Shown here in pieces: positions 61,301-64,000 of a DNA stretch of 64,000 bases (its first letter is position 1; every line of letters begins with the position of its first letter). The DNA lies in IMG/VR virus record IMGVR_UViG_3300027797_000021, positions 1 to 64,000 of that record; one strand, written 5' to 3'. This DNA is from a virus. A program made the translations under genes and the position numbers. The notes under the pieces are model-generated. The model searched no databases, was not told the DNA's origin, and saw nothing but the letters and a program-made list of their open reading frames with translations.

Positions 61301-63608
61301 TTTTCATGCCCTTTGGAAAGTTTGATTCTAAAGACATAGATTTAATTCCATCTATATCTTTTATCAAAGGACTGTTAACAGAGCGCTCTATTCCGAATGA
61401 ATTAAGAAGCCTATCCCAAAGTCCAGACGCTGTATCATTTAATATTTTTTCTTGATCACTTCTAAATGAGGTATTGTCCGGTAGAAATATTTTTGTTTGA
61501 GTTTCTGCTGGAGTAAATAAAGTTATGTTACTTCCATCTCTCCATTGAGAAATTATGTTAGTTTCCAAGACGTCATTCCTAAAAGAGTTTAGATAAGTAA
61601 GTTGCACGTCTTCTGGCAGTACATTTATGTCAAAAATTTCAGATTGAGCTTCAAGTCCGGCAGCCGTTAATGCACCTTGATCGACCGCTGTATCAACAAC
61701 CTTATTGTCAGAAGTTTTTATTAAGAAACTTTCATTGACATACCTATGCATTTCTCCGGCTGCTTTACCCATATACTGACGATACTTACCCCAGTGTATT
61801 GCCTGGTTGAAATCTTTTAACATTGGCAAGAAAGGCTTGTGATTAAAGTGGACCATTTCTAAATCGATAACAAGAGCAAATGGATAATTGGGAGCTGTTG
61901 CAATAGACATATTTGAAAGTCCAACGGCAGTAATGCCATGTACCGAATTTAGATAATCATTCTTAATCGGCAGGATCGGAGAATATTTGAATGCAGCTAC
62001 TAGGCCTCTAAGCGATGACAAGAATTTATCTATTTTTACTTCGTCATCTCCGCCATTTTTAAAGTCAATCTTAAAACTTTCATCTAGATTTAGCGTTGCC
62101 GCATCGGAGATTGATAAGCCCCATATCTCTTCATAATTGGGAAAGAACAACCTCATAGAAATAGTAGTTTCTTTATAGCCTGCGTTAAATTTAGGTGTGT
62201 TTTTCTGTCTGATTGCTCCACCTGTTAATGATCCTGTTTTAAAATTAGAATTTACGCTAATTGAAACTGGAGGAACATAAAAGTTAGCAGCTCCCAGCCT
62301 GAGATGAAATATATCTGGTTTTCTGGGTGGAATATTTTCTCTAAATGGGAAATCTACAAGTGCTTGTTTAATTCTTTGTGCGGTATTTTCTACTCTAAAA
62401 GCTAAGGTGAATATTGCTTCGCCACCTTTAGTAATTCCAAAAGCTTTTTCTAGTGAATCCATTGCGTCAGCTTCATTGTTCAATGTATCTTCTGCGCCAC
62501 CACCCTTGCCATTATTCGAGTAGTCACCGACCGCGGCCAGTGCATCAAATACAAATGTAACTAAACTTGGGAAATAAAAATTAATTATAGAAAATGATAT
62601 TGGATCTTTTTGAAGATTATAAACTACTTCACTTAATATTGTTAGCCATGGCGTATCTATTTCAGGACTAGTATATTCATCCATTGACCTTTTGGCTGTT
62701 GCAACGCTCTGCAGTCTTTTCTTTGCAAAGTTGCTAATTTCATAAGCAAATGAGGCCAGCTGTAAAATTCCGCTTGACTCTAACCTAGCGTAGATGGATT
62801 TAGAAGTTCCAGTATCTAATTCTATCGGACCAGAGGCGCCTAAACCAAAAATTCTACTGGTTGCGCTTTTTGTCTTCTCATCAGCCTGAAACTCGGAGCC
62901 CCTGTTTGTCGAGAAGTATTTTTTTATTACTCCATCAACATCATTAGTTTGATTTATTGGATCACTGCCGTACACATTATGTAAAAATATTCTAAAGTCT
63001 GTTAGGTAATCCTTGGTGACTTCATCTTCTGTATTATTATCTTCTAGCTCTTTATCTTTTTCTGTTGTATTAATTTTTTCTTCTAGCTCAAGAGCAACTA
63101 GATCTTCATCAGTTATTCCGTCTTCACCTATGTAACTTTTCCAGATATTAAGCCTGTCAATAATAATTGACTTAGCTGTTTCCATTGTGATTTTTTTTGC
63201 ACTATAGCTGATTAAGTAGTAATTAAAAAACCAATTTAATGCTTCATCTGCTGATGGATTATCTAGAGTGGCAAATCCAAAATTAAATGCCCATGTCTGA
63301 AATGTCTCAGTTACAAATAGTAAATTTGAATCTTTATCTAAAATTTCGCAGTTTGCCAAACGGAGTGTTGACAAATAGGCGTATTTATCGCCTGTATTTT
63401 TAAAATCATTATCACTTGCAAAAATAAGGGCCCTTCCACCTTGATTACTATCGTAACCAATTATTTCTGGGTAAGCTCCTGGTAGAGTCAGGAATGCATG
63501 CATCTGCCTTTCATTGAAGCCCCTAATATCTTCAATTGTTGAATTAATACGATTTTCATTTTCGGATAGATACTGTAAGACTATTTTTGCTATTGGATTA
63601 ATTGCCAT
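52341..63608 (-). CDS. 3755-aa baseplate hub mega-protein (tube-like domains, gp27/VgrG-like hub, RlpA-like DPBB, C-terminal staphylococcal nuclease)
   Basis: LKPG.R.HLR.GYG...LFNGVIT; GELTLVGNPDIRPHD...EVEQVVHHF..MGYVTSI; YIAMKWPY..RVLV..P.TGRAVV; DGDT..VRFDGMNTGE..R.LG..LNWELV..NLA. Confidence 0.8.
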   Translation of the reverse strand: MAINPIAKIVLQYLSENENRINSTIEDIRGFNERQMHAFLTLPGAYPEIIGYDSNQGGRALIFASDNDFKNTGDKYAYLSTLRLANCEILDKDSNLLFVTETFQTWAFNFGFATLDNPSADEALNWFFNYYLISYSAKKITMETAKSIIIDRLNIWKSYIGEDGITDEDLVALELEEKINTTEKDKELEDNNTEDEVTKDYLTDFRIFLHNVYGSDPINQTNDVDGVIKKYFSTNRGSEFQADEKTKSATSRIFGLGASGPIELDTGTSKSIYARLESSGILQLASFAYEISNFAKKRLQSVATAKRSMDEYTSPEIDTPWLTILSEVVYNLQKDPISFSIINFYFPSLVTFVFDALAAVGDYSNNGKGGGAEDTLNNEADAMDSLEKAFGITKGGEAIFTLAFRVENTAQRIKQALVDFPFRENIPPRKPDIFHLRLGAANFYVPPVSISVNSNFKTGSLTGGAIRQKNTPKFNAGYKETTISMRLFFPNYEEIWGLSISDAATLNLDESFKIDFKNGGDDEVKIDKFLSSLRGLVAAFKYSPILPIKNDYLNSVHGITAVGLSNMSIATAPNYPFALVIDLEMVHFNHKPFLPMLKDFNQAIHWGKYRQYMGKAAGEMHRYVNESFLIKTSDNKVVDTAVDQGALTAAGLEAQSEIFDINVLPEDVQLTYLNSFRNDVLETNIISQWRDGSNITLFTPAETQTKIFLPDNTSFRSDQEKILNDTASGLWDRLLNSFGIERSVNSPLIKDIDGIKSMSLESNFPKGMKTFISQAVDSLTAGISTTDTKKKVYLYLAKSFVIANATRLDQEQQKWLLDYLGPDERVEVAGYFYQYSSTEESYFLYGVLTSDKSLNQIKYLFDLKAGESGSVLDILIDEEIVRQTKSAGVEPDREKVTQQVTELFQVNMYERFFTDGFVKNMMEATRLKDGDYHFNEWEVPMNRVDLDPKSAIVNGVSVSMGNNLAKLQIQMQDEPSYQYIGGKDSYINVSMTVFGEKELLKIRSVFDHVNGLARLEHSTGVIGFLGIKNIITALSGIKYVLPLNYKVDTIPNYPHVYSVQLSLVDFDIFQQQREKISSKQQKDLIDHFGTKRNPFLRMKQLWGSFNAYPDLPLGVKDKNGDIVGNLDPDFYFRSFEMFDRDIINNNTTQVDLAKAFTFDSSDHWARNTDGPRGAEAIERKIESVKNSIKDFMRRYSFTDAANVAAIESRRQTNQDLINEMIDYVNESGISIHNFIALFQQVTSEPDNNTINNYSKIALLTDYIFLASQSSEGSQIFEEFNGAPFVVGNVGITGSQTENIIAQVLASSHLAEEEFVSFDPDEVEFHKIINLLPLTNPEEQDANEIPAIMYSALGTHFGYINKDTGRFYLTIEGTNVRVESDGAKKFESNYTKDMQTPDIGCTNSLTGISGAQPLSAYQKAYDGSFNNHMEKMLNDVQYRDISGRMIRAFPTYMLWLIDEGGMFAGVKLFDNFYGLQSVIDFSVVSSEDLLGDTLILRVSNMYSKLTTRPSTDIFNAGNDDLNKDPLSAVDGISAILDRTLNIAKNIISGMRNDYVVDINNIRLKPGVRLHLRGGYGSNPNSLQTLFNGVITNVEEGEIVTITAQSDAIELGAVVNSTNKKGDSGKIDGGVDTGMYLSEPRDLMVRLLSMGASRVREAIARATLGTVFSENRFGIRHFGTILYEPLNEVERQRADGLRNVVTNAYSNVGQGDIGGAANAATFKLSTNVFSRNENAFFGNGGVMTSMGQLMSNFSSEVDLELYKRNIYPGNGTGFAQFLGGDLDDGWLTAASLVEGDGKTLAGQAYLENGTDRSWNRLIVEAQNESVSASAAIDSYVEGNKLISAEGRAGAVKNVLLGGLTAGIAAIPGVNVIAGIAGGGALMGLLRGRGGTNVFRTMGIIAPNADDDLSGFDEVSFRAQTYMRTVWDLFQMCARLLPNYIVAVRPFEDRSTIFYGKPHWLYTSGVVPVTTGFPSVRKANELNLPGYPKDRSPNDDIQTIMNNVNKQSNSLADYEAFKRSEELSDVMAGLAKDQASSTGEYAPTKSLTGKLLNFNSNLAKIRTSKDEDDNEIIISKLPISSGKVKMGFHLPVSTNPTTYAPLTPSYDHRQLDNLPVRFKYPYYTISETTVLDSKSYEVRDGGLFSEFAEFLSARNEVDTNDLDDLEQDQADMMERYKEAINSSSYTEGGATLAVNLIYFLQLESRFLQETEITVRPSSGILELDRPLGFTSLMDSISSSGVEFLNLDQTTVARMPLPSVSSLQKENYPLVGFTMINSTTAQKEENSDDFSFEYELNQQITYEEWGCPATATEEQFYIAMKWPYLPTTSDGPIPDASLSKFKDTYFPNEDLYGTASDYKKRRVLVFSPLTGRAVVCAPAYFMWGEDNDDEVAAVVSPDAAWYLGTFVSQFNEGANLIGELSESLPAWANLQSYDSNTLDMTIANSTYAQLEKASGLSTFPRDVDCLFAFVPDGTPLGVVAAEAAPAKRFYDTNDATAYIIGFGAYAINDNGDSNKFIASPKVFGPGDFGQPSVGDYFKIDADKDSSLEEYSAQNARVTTMNYEYGGNILKSGDNPGYFQAIIDKDYNALDKGKLYERLDAELYTTGDEDSGSGRVGFAAVYSPMDSTSVEARSFYDENYDPNVSVIAGNGRTLDQASDIWDQFRFGYHTYDSVKAIFTKTYGMDADSTDQFPPEFSRILGGNNVTSFQNFSQSNVTIPGLSATEGTGVDEIAILLGSDFFNSETQYGSNYGSTKSTPQDKKDAVEFITNNYIDYQSKGVQGDAGIIQYFNSVISKSLDGIRSNFFETQVINNALSISIENKDNPETAINLSEAVKTPKQLFLLMVGLFRQKLWSSGYGRAWLVLKPDRKRGAITSGGGGEDGQWSFKPIDKVFEAFINPYSQYAKDNSKFLKLLVSTKGEGSNSSTFIGGIDEDVSDFYNANIGPILGAIGDGLSSLLGMFKLSMMQMGYALSEVGNFSKQAHILNKVLNDSIYYSLGRPGTLLRAVDNPFTREYGEPVVEVRQPFQRIHYLSSFSHIISNQIQENLNNVSTVITAVSDGKNPVTVALDKGAPSERQTETTVETGLYYDNMVGSGFLGVLHPFMHPLETFRGYAKTLQGTPDELSARRVALSHLKESIKDIYGGELTLVGNPDIRPHDLVYLSDVYSRMYGIFEVEQVVHHFTSEMGYVTSITPNALVTVNDPSRWFMSTWLHSWLSMQNLRNDTRFYMDNIMASNSGINMGGNISVDALADSLSTQMIGGIQYTHGSSALMKDIMANQTALSLPDRARDEIARAGQAKVPGADTVIAVVGASLARAVPIVGQLAWKGWTWLRDNVLDQHGCYVQYLNKNGQPMDAGLSYNQGMVVGRYHTKALLPGILGARTKVKTPEGNAFIRSDDLLKSLGWQETEIKDLVRYTDYENALTHARVLSLSGLGPEKTALQTSLFKVIATVTKFKDGDTFDVEDVISGATFTVRFDGMNTGETNTMRVGEIPSEPGGDVNDPFGDTTNLTSTSTPGGRAKIYTQSKIANKVFVLRMKVSNSSSNDVIFEAQFEPGAAENRFENYTKDSFDGAEGKRALGTVWYYQPESVINQAKDFVRGCFVANQGKIIVPTVSDTGTDDDVSKKFFASVYEESPLYIKRSNIMKKIATLDIQYNPPLDLSAQSMANYGLTEEDFNRFYNNLVCFKVLETTYEKSNDWPTIFWDEYYEDGYPVTLNWELVVNNLATVYAKQLQVESQSVISAEESALIPRQVTLNPGT

Positions 63609-63617
63609 TATATTTTC

Positions 63618-64000
63618 CTACTTAAACATCATATTATTGCGAACAATAGTTCTAAGTCTATCACTTGAAGAATCTTTCATTGTAACAGAAGTATAATTAT
63701 TCATTATACTAGACTTTGTTTCTTTCTTGAATGAATCTAGAGTAAAATTTTGCTTTTTTGTTTGCGGGTCTTTATTGTACCTAGCCTGCTGGTGTCTTTT
63801 GCCACTGTATCCGCTGCCATTCATCTGAAGACGCGTAGTTGGGGCGTCATCTAAGCCCTCTTTAGAGTATTTAATTTTATCAGATTTCCCTGATGCCTGT
63901 ATTTTTTGGCGTGATTCGCCTACAACATTTTGGGTCGGACTCTTACTGGAAGCTATTTTTGCTGCATACTTGTTTGCTGTTAAGGATCTATGAGATGTGT
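63618..64000 (-). CDS. Basic hypothetical protein, 5'-truncated by the window end
   Basis: The frame of ORF 63618..63824 stays open to the window end. Confidence 0.65.
   Translation of the reverse strand, partial: TSHRSLTANKYAAKIASSKSPTQNVVGESRQKIQASGKSDKIKYSKEGLDDAPTTRLQMNGSGYSGKRHQQARYNKDPQTKKQNFTLDSFKKETKSSIMNNYTSVTMKDSSSDRLRTIVRNNMMFK

Noticed and set aside
47483-63608. Bacterial T6SS or extracellular contractile injection system locus
   Set aside because: It is contiguous with phage replication, holin and sigma genes, and has no T6SS membrane complex; this is a phage tail
710-63696. Numerous plus-strand and short nested ORFs in the ORF track
   Set aside because: They are antisense or alternate-frame shadows of well-supported minus-strand genes; only 5665..5841 has independent support
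1-64000. Alternative genetic code, tRNA or rRNA genes
   Set aside because: Very long ORFs tile the window under the standard code using all three stops; no cloverleaf or rRNA-like region noticed in the few short gaps

Overview
This is a gene-dense, AT-rich (roughly mid-30s % GC by eye) segment of a large tailed dsDNA phage with a contractile-type baseplate. Almost every gene is on the minus strand. In transcription order it holds: (1) a ~38 kb virion block (25.8-64 kb) with a 3755-aa baseplate hub mega-protein, a peptidase/lytic-transglycosylase tail lysin, spike, gp25-like and baseplate-J proteins, a 1822-aa wedge protein, a peptidoglycan-binding protein, four paralogous coiled-coil/beta-sandwich proteins and a DUF1566/CBM receptor-binding protein; (2) a small holin cassette; (3) an early/middle block (2-24.5 kb) with class II RNR, ThyX, dCMP deaminase, three glycosyltransferases, thermonuclease, a DenV-like glycosylase, an NDT-like hydrolase, DnaB helicase, an AEP primase, DnaE, two RecB/Cas4-like proteins, a resolvase-like nuclease, a sigma factor, RNase H and dNMP kinase; (4) a cluster of tiny Lys-rich ORFs. 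Leaderless sigma70-type promoters, an r1t-type holin and an MSMEG_6728-family gene suggest an actinobacterial host (inference). The two strongest candidate novelties are: (a) a VgrG/gp27-like hub protein ending in a hydrophobic segment plus a staphylococcal-nuclease domain, i.e. a possible tail-borne nuclease effector; and (b) a single virion protein carrying 11 ATP, 7 STP and 4 TTP tripeptides in a phage with three glycosyltransferases, suggesting a sequon-directed virion modification system. Also notable are nested domain insertions in virion proteins, a probable split gene, a TACTATA late-promoter motif, and a lone antisense leaderless acidic gene. All family calls come from motif recognition by eye, not from database searches.
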